Part shown: positions 19,136 through 27,297 of the stretch, in pieces
Layout: the number at the start of each line of letters is the position of its first letter
Position numbering within the stretch: the first letter of the stretch is position 1
Source of the DNA: Flavobacteriales bacterium
GTDB taxonomy: Bacteria; Bacteroidota; Bacteroidia; Flavobacteriales; UBA7430
Assembly: GCA_028110365.1 (NCBI GenBank)
Contig: JAOGVT010000003.1
Coordinates: forward strand, 9,101-73,100
Reading direction: 5' to 3'
DNA length: 64,000 nt
Made by a program: the position numbers and the translations under genes
Notes under the pieces: generated by a model
What the model saw: only the letters and a program-made list of their open reading frames with translations
What the model was told of the DNA's origin: nothing
Database searches by the model: none

Positions 19136-20013
19136 ACTTTTGCCTCTCTGGATTTAAAGAACGCATTTGCAATGATTGTAGATAATATTATAAAAACCCC
19201 AATGTAAAACTCCGAAGACATTTCTTCGCCATCTCCAAAAACCCACAAAGCCAATAGTATGCCGTATATGGGTTCAAGGTTTACGGTTATACTAACCGTA
19301 AAAGCACTTAACTTTTTAAGTACCTCTGTGCCTAGTAAAAAAGCGATTGCAGTACAAACAACGCCTAAAATCAAAATATAGAGCCAATCTATACCAGATG
19401 GAATGATGGTGTAAATACTAAAATTGTCTTGAAAACTAAAGTAAACCAAAACAGAAATAAATCCAGCTAACATTTCATTAAGAGTAATTGAATAAGCAGA
19501 ATTGTGTTTAATTAGATTTGCATTCCATAAAGAAAAGACAGCCGCCAAAAGTGCCGAAATTACACTCAGTACAATGCCTAAGGTGAAAGTACTCTCAAAA
19601 CTAAAAATTATATAGATACCTAGAATAACAAAAAGCCCTAAAATAAGCTCATAAATCTTAAGTTTTGAATTGTTAAATAATGGCTGTAATAAGGATATGA
19701 AAAAGGAACACGAAGCCAAACAACTTAATGTTAAAGAGACATTAGAAACTTTAAGAGATTCAAAAAAAGTGACCCAATGAGTAGCTGTAATAATTCCAAC
19801 TAAATACATTTGCCATCTGTACTTCCATTTAATAACCTCTTTTTTTCTAAAGAAGAGTAAACTTGCAAGAGCTATGTAAGCAATAAGCATCCTGTCAATA
19901 ACAATCGCAAAGGAGGGTAAAGAAATTAATTTACCTAATACACCTGTAATACCCCAAATTAAAACGGTTAAGTGTAGCACGAAGTAATAATGTATTTTTT
20001 TCGTTAATTTCAT
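19132..20013 (-). CDS. DMT/EamA family transporter
   Basis: About 10 TM helices; NLEPIYGILLA. Confidence 0.88.
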   Translation of the reverse strand: MKLTKKIHYYFVLHLTVLIWGITGVLGKLISLPSFAIVIDRMLIAYIALASLLFFRKKEVIKWKYRWQMYLVGIITATHWVTFFESLKVSNVSLTLSCLASCSFFISLLQPLFNNSKLKIYELILGLFVILGIYIIFSFESTFTLGIVLSVISALLAAVFSLWNANLIKHNSAYSITLNEMLAGFISVLVYFSFQDNFSIYTIIPSGIDWLYILILGVVCTAIAFLLGTEVLKKLSAFTVSITVNLEPIYGILLALWVFGDGEEMSSEFYIGVFIILSTIIANAFFKSREAKV

Positions 20014-20020
20014 TCAAGTT

Positions 20021-20054
20021 AAAAAAAAAGCCTCGCTAATTACACGAGACTTTT
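20021..20054 (-). terminator. Intrinsic terminator after the capB-like gene
   Basis: Minus strand AGTCTCG/CGAGGCT stem followed by T9. Confidence 0.7.
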
Positions 20055-20077
20055 ATGAATAAATGATAATGTTAAAC

Positions 20078-21319
20078 TTAAACGTTAGCAATTTTCTCGG
20101 AAATATAAAGACCCCTTGCCAGTTTGTCTTTAATCTCAGAAAATGACTTAATAGTGTAGTCGACCTCTTCTAATGAATGAACTGCGGTAGGGATCAATCG
20201 AAGTAAAATAACACCTTTAGGAACAACAGGGTAGGTTACAATGGAGCAAAAAATATTGTAATTTTCTCTTAAATCAAATGTAAGATTTGTTGCTTCACCT
20301 ACACCCCCAGAAAGATACACTGGTGTTACAGCAGATTGTGTATTACCTAATTCGAATCCTGCATTTCGCAAGCCCGATTGAAGTGCATTTGCAACAGCCC
20401 AAAGTTTGTCTTTTTGTTCTGTTCCTCTTCGCATAATTTCCAATCTTTTCATAGCACCAATAACGATAGGCATTGGTAAAGATTTGGCGAAAATTTGAGA
20501 TCTCATGTTGTAGCGTAAATACTCAACTATATCTGCAGTAGAAGATATAAATGCACCAACAGAGGCAAAAGATTTGGCGAAGGTTCCAAAATAAACATCA
20601 ATTTCATCTTGACAACCAAGTTCTTCTCCAGCTCCTCGTCCTTGAGCACCCATAGTTCCAATACCATGAGCATCGTCAACAAAAATCCTAAACTCGTGTT
20701 TCTTCTTCAGAGCAACAATACTTTTTAAGTCTCCTAAATCACCAGACATTCCAAAAACACCCTCAGTAATCACAAGTATCCCTCCTCCAGTCTGTTCAAT
20801 TATCTTTTCTGCTCTAACAAGTTGCTTTTCAAGATTCTCAATATCGTTGTGAGGAAACACAAACCTTTTACCTTGATGAAGACGAACGCCATCTATAATA
20901 CATGCGTGACATTCACCATCGTATACTATCACATCTTTTCTGTCTACCAATGCATCAACAGCAGAAAGCATTCCTTGGTATCCAAAGTTAAGTAATATAG
21001 TGTCCTCTTTTTGAACATATTCAGAGAGCCCTTTTTCAAGATCTTCATGGTAATCCGAGTTTCCAGACATCATTCTTGAGCCCATAGGATAACCCAAACC
21101 CCAATCTTTAGATGCTTGTTGATCAACTTCACGAACTTCTGGGTGATTGGATAAACCTAAATAGTTGTTAATACTCCAAGTTAAAACCTCTTTACCTCTA
21201 AACATCATCTTGCTCGCAATTTCTCCTTCTAGTTTGGGGAAAGTGAAATAACCGTGAGCATCCTTAGCATGTTGACCTAAAGGACCTCTATTATTTCTTA
21301 ATTTTTCAAATAAATCCAT
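20078..21319 (-). CDS. PLP-dependent alpha-oxoamine synthase, most likely cysteate acyl-ACP transferase (CapB/SulA; sulfonolipid synthesis)
   Basis: NNYLGL, DDAHG, GTFAKS (PLP Lys); HGYFTFPKLEGEI N-terminus and SQIFAKSLPMP resemble SulA as recalled. Confidence 0.78.
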   Translation of the reverse strand: MDLFEKLRNNRGPLGQHAKDAHGYFTFPKLEGEIASKMMFRGKEVLTWSINNYLGLSNHPEVREVDQQASKDWGLGYPMGSRMMSGNSDYHEDLEKGLSEYVQKEDTILLNFGYQGMLSAVDALVDRKDVIVYDGECHACIIDGVRLHQGKRFVFPHNDIENLEKQLVRAEKIIEQTGGGILVITEGVFGMSGDLGDLKSIVALKKKHEFRIFVDDAHGIGTMGAQGRGAGEELGCQDEIDVYFGTFAKSFASVGAFISSTADIVEYLRYNMRSQIFAKSLPMPIVIGAMKRLEIMRRGTEQKDKLWAVANALQSGLRNAGFELGNTQSAVTPVYLSGGVGEATNLTFDLRENYNIFCSIVTYPVVPKGVILLRLIPTAVHSLEEVDYTIKSFSEIKDKLARGLYISEKIANV

Positions 21320-21422
21320 TTTTATCTCGTTAGGAATTTTGGCAAAAATACGAATAGATATTGTTAAGACAAAATTGTGAACGATAAGTAGTTAAATTCT
21401 CACTAAATTTTCTATAAAATTA

Positions 21423-21430
21423 TATATTTG
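21423..21430 (+). promoter_or_regulatory. -7 element (TATATTTG) for the bamD operon
   Basis: TAnnTTTG ending 5 nt before the ATG. Confidence 0.65.
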
Positions 21431-21434
21431 CATT

Positions 21435-22232
21435 ATGATAAAAATCAAATTAATATTCATTTTAGGAATTAGTTCAATTCTGTTTAATTCTTGTAGTGAA
21501 TATCAAAAGGTACTAAAGAGTACTGATTTAGACTATAAGTTTGAACAAGCGGTTAAACTTTTCGATGATGAAGAGTATATAAAGGCATTCCCTTTGTTTG
21601 ACGAATTGCTTTTATTGTACAGGGGTACAGACAAGGCTGAAGCTGTTTATTATTATTATTGCAAAGCTGAATATGAAAAGGGAAATTTACTTTCCGCAGC
21701 GTACCATTTTAAAAATTTTGCTAGTACTTATAAAGACAATCCTAAAGCTGAAGAGTGTTCTTATTTAGCCGTTTACTGTCATTATATGCTATCACCAAAG
21801 TATAGTTTAGATCAGGCAAACACTTATAAGGCTTTGGATGAGATGAAAGTGTTTTTTGATAAATACCCAAAAAGCACCTACATAGCGGCGTGTAGTGACC
21901 TTAAAGCAAGTCTTTTAGCTAAATTAGAGAAAAAATCTTTTGAAAATGCGAAATTGTATTACACAACAGAAAATTACAAAGCAGCCATACATGCATTTAA
22001 TTTAGCACTTCAGGAGTATCAAAATTCTTTTTTTAAGGAGGAAATCTTATTTTTGCAGTTGAAAAGTTATTATTTGCTAGCATCAAATAGTGTGTTACGT
22101 AAAAAAGAAAAGCGAATTAAAGACACCATTATAGCTTTCAATCAATTTAAAATTGCATTCCCAGAGAGTGAATACAAAGCAGAATCAAAAAAGATTCTCA
22201 AAGAAGTTAAATTACTTAGAAATCAAAAATAG
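21435..22232 (+). CDS. bamD: Outer membrane protein assembly factor BamD
   Basis: Lipobox FNSC-SEYQKVLKS, TPRs, SPKYSLDQ; conserved position before rpoZ. Confidence 0.92.
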   Translation: MIKIKLIFILGISSILFNSCSEYQKVLKSTDLDYKFEQAVKLFDDEEYIKAFPLFDELLLLYRGTDKAEAVYYYYCKAEYEKGNLLSAAYHFKNFASTYKDNPKAEECSYLAVYCHYMLSPKYSLDQANTYKALDEMKVFFDKYPKSTYIAACSDLKASLLAKLEKKSFENAKLYYTTENYKAAIHAFNLALQEYQNSFFKEEILFLQLKSYYLLASNSVLRKKEKRIKDTIIAFNQFKIAFPESEYKAESKKILKEVKLLRNQK

Positions 22233-22246
22233 TAGATACTTATCTT

Positions 22247-22570
22247 ATGGATTACAAGAAAACAAATGCCACAAAGACAACAGTCACAAATAACACTAAA
22301 TTATTTGAAGATAAGGTCGGGAATATCTATTCTGCAATTGTAGCTTTAGACAAAAGATCTAACCAAATTAGTTCTGAAATCAAAGAAGAGTTATTAGGTA
22401 AGTTAGATGAATTTGCTACACACAACGATAACTTGGATGAAGTTTTTGAAAACAAAGAACAAATTGAAGTTTCAAAGTTTTACGAAAAACTACCTAAGCC
22501 AACGTTAATTGCTATTAAAGAATTATTAGACGATGAGCTTTTTGTTAAAACTCCAAAAAAGGAAGATTAA
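22247..22570 (+). CDS. rpoZ: RNA polymerase omega subunit (Bacteroidota type)
   Basis: GNIY, KRSNQI, EVFENKEQIEVSKFYEKLPKP. Confidence 0.92.
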   Translation: MDYKKTNATKTTVTNNTKLFEDKVGNIYSAIVALDKRSNQISSEIKEELLGKLDEFATHNDNLDEVFENKEQIEVSKFYEKLPKPTLIAIKELLDDELFVKTPKKED

Positions 22571-22583
22571 CACTGGCTATGAT

Positions 22584-23786
22584 ATGTTAAGCGGAAAAAA
22601 CATCCTAATTGGGATAACAGGTGGTATAGCTGCCTATAAATCTGCGCATATAGTTAGAGAGTTCATTAAAGCTGGAGCAAACGTTAAATGTATTCAAACG
22701 CCAGCTTCAAAGAATTTTATTACGCCTCTTACGTTAGCTACTTTATCCAAAAACGATGTTTTATCTGAATTAATAACTGATGAAGATAACCCTCGTTGGA
22801 ATGATCATGTTAACTTAGGCTTGTGGGCAGATCTCTTTATTATTGCTCCTGCTACGGCCAATACTTTAGGTAAAATGGTTCAGGGCCTATGCGACAATTT
22901 GCTTCTGGCAACTTATTTATCCGCAAAGTGTTCTGTATATGTAGCTCCAGCAATGGATTTAGATATGTACAAACACCCAAGTACTCAAGAAAATTTAAAC
23001 AAACTATTTGAGTTTGGGACTAAAATAATCCTTCCAGAGTTTGGGGAACTTGCAAGCGGTTTAATAGGTCAAGGTAGGATGGCAGAACCCGAAAGTATAG
23101 TCGAGTTCATTTTAAAAGATTTGCAAAATCTAGCCCCGTTAAAACACCATTCTATTTTAATCACTGCTGGTCCTACGCATGAAGCTATTGACCCCGTTCG
23201 TTTTATAGGAAATAGATCTTCTGGTAAAATGGGGGTAGAACTCGCTCTTAACTTAGCTAATCAAGGTGCAAAAGTAAACCTAATTTTAGGCCCTTCGATC
23301 ATCAATGTTACACACATTAATATAGTCGTTACAAGAGTTGAGTCTGCAAAAGAAATGTTTAATGCAGCAATACCTTTATTTAAAGATTGTACTATAGCTA
23401 TTTCAGCTGCTGCTGTAGCAGATTATACTCCAAAAAAATACAGCTCCAAAAAAATAAAGAAGGAAGCAGAAATACATTCCATTGAACTTAGCAAAACCAA
23501 GGATATATTGGCTGAAATGGGCGTTTTAAAACAAAATCAATTTTTAGTTGGGTTTGCACTTGAAACTCACAATGAACTTAAGTTTGCTTCTCAAAAACTT
23601 GAAAATAAAAATTTAGATATGATTGTACTAAATTCATTAAATGATGAAGGTGCAGGCTTTCAAGTTGACACAAACAAGGTTACCGTTTTAACTAAAAGCA
23701 ATAAAAAAATTAAATTTGAGTTAAAATCAAAGACAGAAGTTGCAAATGATTTGGTAACTATTATTAGAACAGAAATTGATGCGTAG
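22584..23786 (+). CDS. coaBC: Bifunctional phosphopantothenoylcysteine decarboxylase/ligase
   Basis: GITGGIAAYK, APAMDLDM, TAGPTHEAIDPVRFIGNRSSGKMG; start reassigned to MLSGK. Confidence 0.96.
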   Translation: MLSGKNILIGITGGIAAYKSAHIVREFIKAGANVKCIQTPASKNFITPLTLATLSKNDVLSELITDEDNPRWNDHVNLGLWADLFIIAPATANTLGKMVQGLCDNLLLATYLSAKCSVYVAPAMDLDMYKHPSTQENLNKLFEFGTKIILPEFGELASGLIGQGRMAEPESIVEFILKDLQNLAPLKHHSILITAGPTHEAIDPVRFIGNRSSGKMGVELALNLANQGAKVNLILGPSIINVTHINIVVTRVESAKEMFNAAIPLFKDCTIAISAAAVADYTPKKYSSKKIKKEAEIHSIELSKTKDILAEMGVLKQNQFLVGFALETHNELKFASQKLENKNLDMIVLNSLNDEGAGFQVDTNKVTVLTKSNKKIKFELKSKTEVANDLVTIIRTEIDA

Positions 23787-24687
23787 ATTTTACTTAGGAA
23801 TTTTCATACTCATATTTGGCTTACAATTAAATGCGCAAGAATTAAACTGTAGAATTCAAATCAACTCTCAAAAGATAAAAGGAACGAACAGACAGAAGTT
23901 TACTGCTATGAGAACTGCTATTTTTGAATTTATGAATGAAAATAAGTGGACGTCTGACATTTACGCTGTCGAAGAAAAAATTGAGTGCACCATGACGTTA
24001 AACTTAACAGATCAAATTGGAGCTAATGGTTACAAAGGTTCTTTAACAATTAAATCTACCAGGCCAATATACAGAGCTTCTTACAACTCTCCGATAATAA
24101 ACATTGTCGATACTGATTTTAGTTTTGAATACGTTGAGAATCAAACTTTAGAGTTTAACGAACACAATCATACTTCTAATTTAATATCTACGCTTGCATA
24201 TTATGCCTACATCATTATTGGTATGGATAATGATTCGTTTTCTGCATTAAGTGGAGAAAGCTCTTTTTTAAAAGCGAATAAAGTTGTTACTAATGCTCAA
24301 GCGGACAACAAAGTAGTTGGTTGGAAACCTTATGAAGGAACTTTTAATCGTTATTGGTTGATAGAAAACTTACTTCACAACGATTTTAAGCCTTTAAGAA
24401 ATGGTATGTATAGTTACCATATTGATGGCTTGGATGTGTTAGGAGATCAAGCCGAGGCGGGTAGAGATGAAATAACAGCTGCACTTTACAACGTAAAAAC
24501 AAGTGCAGATAAAAAACAAAATTCATACTTGGTTAAACTTTTTTTTGATGCCAAGGTAACCGAAATTACAAAGGTCTTTTCAGATGGTTTTATTACCAAT
24601 AAGAATGAAATCGTACAAATGCTTATGCAGGTTAATCCATCAAATTCCTCCAAGTGGGAAGGGATGCTAAAAGAGCAAGGAAAGTAA
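23776..24687 (+). CDS. DUF4835 family exported protein (T9SS PorD-like)
   Basis: Signal peptide LNA-QELNC, AYYAYIIIGMD, conserved coaBC-recN context. Confidence 0.78.
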   Translation: MMRRFYLGIFILIFGLQLNAQELNCRIQINSQKIKGTNRQKFTAMRTAIFEFMNENKWTSDIYAVEEKIECTMTLNLTDQIGANGYKGSLTIKSTRPIYRASYNSPIINIVDTDFSFEYVENQTLEFNEHNHTSNLISTLAYYAYIIIGMDNDSFSALSGESSFLKANKVVTNAQADNKVVGWKPYEGTFNRYWLIENLLHNDFKPLRNGMYSYHIDGLDVLGDQAEAGRDEITAALYNVKTSADKKQNSYLVKLFFDAKVTEITKVFSDGFITNKNEIVQMLMQVNPSNSSKWEGMLKEQGK

Positions 24688-24690
24688 TGT

Positions 24691-26373
24691 ATGCTTAAAC
24701 AACTCTCGATAAAAAATTATGCGATTATCGATTTTTTAGAAATCGATTTTAAAAGTGGCTTTTCTGTTCTTACTGGTGAAACGGGCTCAGGTAAATCTAT
24801 TATACTAGGTGCTTTACACTTATTAATGGGAAACAGAGCAGACACTAAGTCTGTTCTAAACCTTGAAAAGAAATGTATTATTGAAGGAGTGTTTTCTATT
24901 GGAAATTACCACTTAAAAGACTTTTTTGAATTAAATGACTTAGACTATGAGCCTAAAGAAACTTATATTAGAAGAGAGATCTCTAAACATGGAAAAACAA
25001 GGGCATTTATAAATGATACGCCCGTTAGTTTGTCTGTTTTAAAAGCCTTATCATTTTTCTTAATTGACATTCATTCGCAGCACCAAACGTTACTTTTAAA
25101 CTCATCCAATGTTCAATTAAATCTTATTGATAGTTTAGCTCAATCTAGCGTTCAATCTCATACAAAACTATTAAAGGAATACCAGGTTGGATATACAGCA
25201 TTAAAATCCTTAGAAAAAGAGCTTAACATTGCTTTAAATGATGGAGAAGAGTCTAAGACTCAACTAGATTATCTTTCTTTTTTACATAAAGAAATTGAAG
25301 AAGCTAATTTACTACCTGATGAAAAAGAGCAGTTAGAAGATCTTGTCAAAGTATCTGAAAATCAAGATGAAGTAAATCAAGTTCTACAAAAGATTAATTA
25401 TACATTAGATTCAAATCACACGAATTTACCTGTAGTTTCTCAACTACTAGATTTGGTTAAAGATTTAGATAAAATTAGTACTTACAGTGAGCAATATGCT
25501 ACTATTGCTTCGAGACTTAATAGCTCTATAATTGAATTAAACGATATTGCTAAAGAGAGTGAAATTCTTCTATCGGAAATTGAATTAAATACCAACGATA
25601 TTGAATTTACCAAAGATCGACTAAATTTAATAAATCAATTGGAGCAAAAGCATCGAGCGCTAAACTTTGATGATCTGTTAGTAAAGTTCGAAGGTATTTC
25701 TAAAAGATTGTCTAGTTATTCTACAATAGAAAAAACAGTAGAAAGGTTAGAGAAATCTATAAAAGCACTTCAAGAAGAACTCTTTAAAAAAGCCCAAAAA
25801 ATATCTTCAAACAGAAAGTTAGTTAAACAAAAAACGGAGAAATTTATTGTTTCTAAACTGATTGATTTAGGGATTAAAAATGGGCGATTTGAAGTTCAGT
25901 TTAGTCAAAAAAACGTACTTCAAGAAAATGGAAATGACCAAGTTAGCTTTATGTTTTCGGCTAATAAAGGGGTTTCTTTACAAGAAATGTCTCAAGTTGC
26001 ATCCGGAGGAGAATCGTCCAGATTAATGTTAGCTGTTAAAGCTTTATTAGCAAAACATTTAGCACTTCCTTGTTTGGTTTTAGATGAAATTGATACGGGT
26101 GTTTCAGGAGAAATTGCGAGTAAAATTGGCACTATTCTTAGTGAAATGTCCAAGCAAACTCAACTCATTGTGATCAGTCATTTACCCCAAGTTGCCTCAA
26201 AAGCATCTACACATTATAAAGTAGAAAAACTTGACATTAACGAAAAAACTCAAACCAATATAAGATTACTTTCTACAGAGCAACGCACAATCGAACTCGC
26301 TAAAATGCTCAGTGGCGAACATGTTAGTAAAGCAGCTTTAGAAAATGCAAAAGCACTTCTTACAAATCAGTAA
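24691..26373 (+). CDS. recN: DNA repair protein RecN
   Basis: TGETGSGKS, IDIHSQH, ASGGE, DEIDTGVSG, SHLPQVA. Confidence 0.96.
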   Translation: MLKQLSIKNYAIIDFLEIDFKSGFSVLTGETGSGKSIILGALHLLMGNRADTKSVLNLEKKCIIEGVFSIGNYHLKDFFELNDLDYEPKETYIRREISKHGKTRAFINDTPVSLSVLKALSFFLIDIHSQHQTLLLNSSNVQLNLIDSLAQSSVQSHTKLLKEYQVGYTALKSLEKELNIALNDGEESKTQLDYLSFLHKEIEEANLLPDEKEQLEDLVKVSENQDEVNQVLQKINYTLDSNHTNLPVVSQLLDLVKDLDKISTYSEQYATIASRLNSSIIELNDIAKESEILLSEIELNTNDIEFTKDRLNLINQLEQKHRALNFDDLLVKFEGISKRLSSYSTIEKTVERLEKSIKALQEELFKKAQKISSNRKLVKQKTEKFIVSKLIDLGIKNGRFEVQFSQKNVLQENGNDQVSFMFSANKGVSLQEMSQVASGGESSRLMLAVKALLAKHLALPCLVLDEIDTGVSGEIASKIGTILSEMSKQTQLIVISHLPQVASKASTHYKVEKLDINEKTQTNIRLLSTEQRTIELAKMLSGEHVSKAALENAKALLTNQ

Positions 26374-26420
26374 GAAAAAAAATATTTAAATTATATTTGT
26401 AAAAACTTAACAAAATTCGC

Positions 26421-27233
26421 ATGTTATTAAAAGGGAAAAAGGGAATTATATTTGGCGCATTAGATTCTAAGTCAATTGCTTGGAAAGTAGCCGAAGAAGC
26501 AAAAAAACAAGGAGCAGAGTTTGTTCTTACAAATGCACCCATTGCAATGCGAATGGGAGCAATTAGCGAGCTCGCTGAAAAGTGCAATGCAGAAGTAATA
26601 CCCGCAGATGCAACTTCTATGGATGATTTAGAAAATCTTTTCACCAAGGCTCAAGAAGTACTTGGGGGTAAAATTGATTTTGTATTACACTCTATTGGAA
26701 TGTCCGTAAATGTTCGCAAAGGGAAGCACTACACAAACCTAAGTCATGATTTTATGATGAAAGGTATGGATGTTTCAGCAATGTCTTTTCATAGAGTGAT
26801 GCAAACAGCTATGAAATTAGATGCAATGAATGAATGGGGGTCTATTGTAGCATTATCTTATATTGCTGCGCAGAGAACTTTTCCAGACTATAATGATATG
26901 GCAGATAACAAAGCCTATTTAGAGTCGATTGCTCGAAGTTTTGGATATCATTTTGGGAAGAAAAAGAAAGTTCGTGTAAATACGATTTCTCAATCTCCAA
27001 CCATGACCACTGCCGGAAGTGGGGTAAAAGGTTTTGATGGCTTCTACAAGTACGCAGATATGATGTCACCATTAGGTAATGCTCCTTCAGAGGACTGTGC
27101 TAATTATGTAATTTCGTTATTTTCTGATCTTACTCGTATGGTTACCATGCAAAATTTATTTCACGATGGAGGCTTTTCGTTTACGGGTGTAAGTGAAGAA
27201 TTGATGGATAATTTTATCTCTAAGGAATCTTAG
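26421..27233 (+). CDS. fabI: Enoyl-ACP reductase
   Basis: SIAWKVA, LHSIGMS, YNDMADNKA, VRVNTISQSP; -7 element at 26392-26399. Confidence 0.9.
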   Translation: MLLKGKKGIIFGALDSKSIAWKVAEEAKKQGAEFVLTNAPIAMRMGAISELAEKCNAEVIPADATSMDDLENLFTKAQEVLGGKIDFVLHSIGMSVNVRKGKHYTNLSHDFMMKGMDVSAMSFHRVMQTAMKLDAMNEWGSIVALSYIAAQRTFPDYNDMADNKAYLESIARSFGYHFGKKKKVRVNTISQSPTMTTAGSGVKGFDGFYKYADMMSPLGNAPSEDCANYVISLFSDLTRMVTMQNLFHDGGFSFTGVSEELMDNFISKES

Positions 27234-27249
27234 AAATTCTATTTAAATA

Positions 27250-27283
27250 AATAAAAAAGGAGCTCTAGAGCTCCTTTTTTATT
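27250..27283. terminator. Bidirectional terminator (perfect 34-bp palindrome) between convergent fabI and clpC
   Basis: AATAAAAAAGGAGCTCTAGAGCTCCTTTTTTATT. Confidence 0.88.
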
Positions 27284-27297
27284 GGTGTAATCATAAA

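Noticed and set aside
27250-27283. Similarity of this palindrome to the hairpin at 58832-58871 as a REP/MITE family
   Set aside because: Only two copies, both at gene ends and explained as terminators
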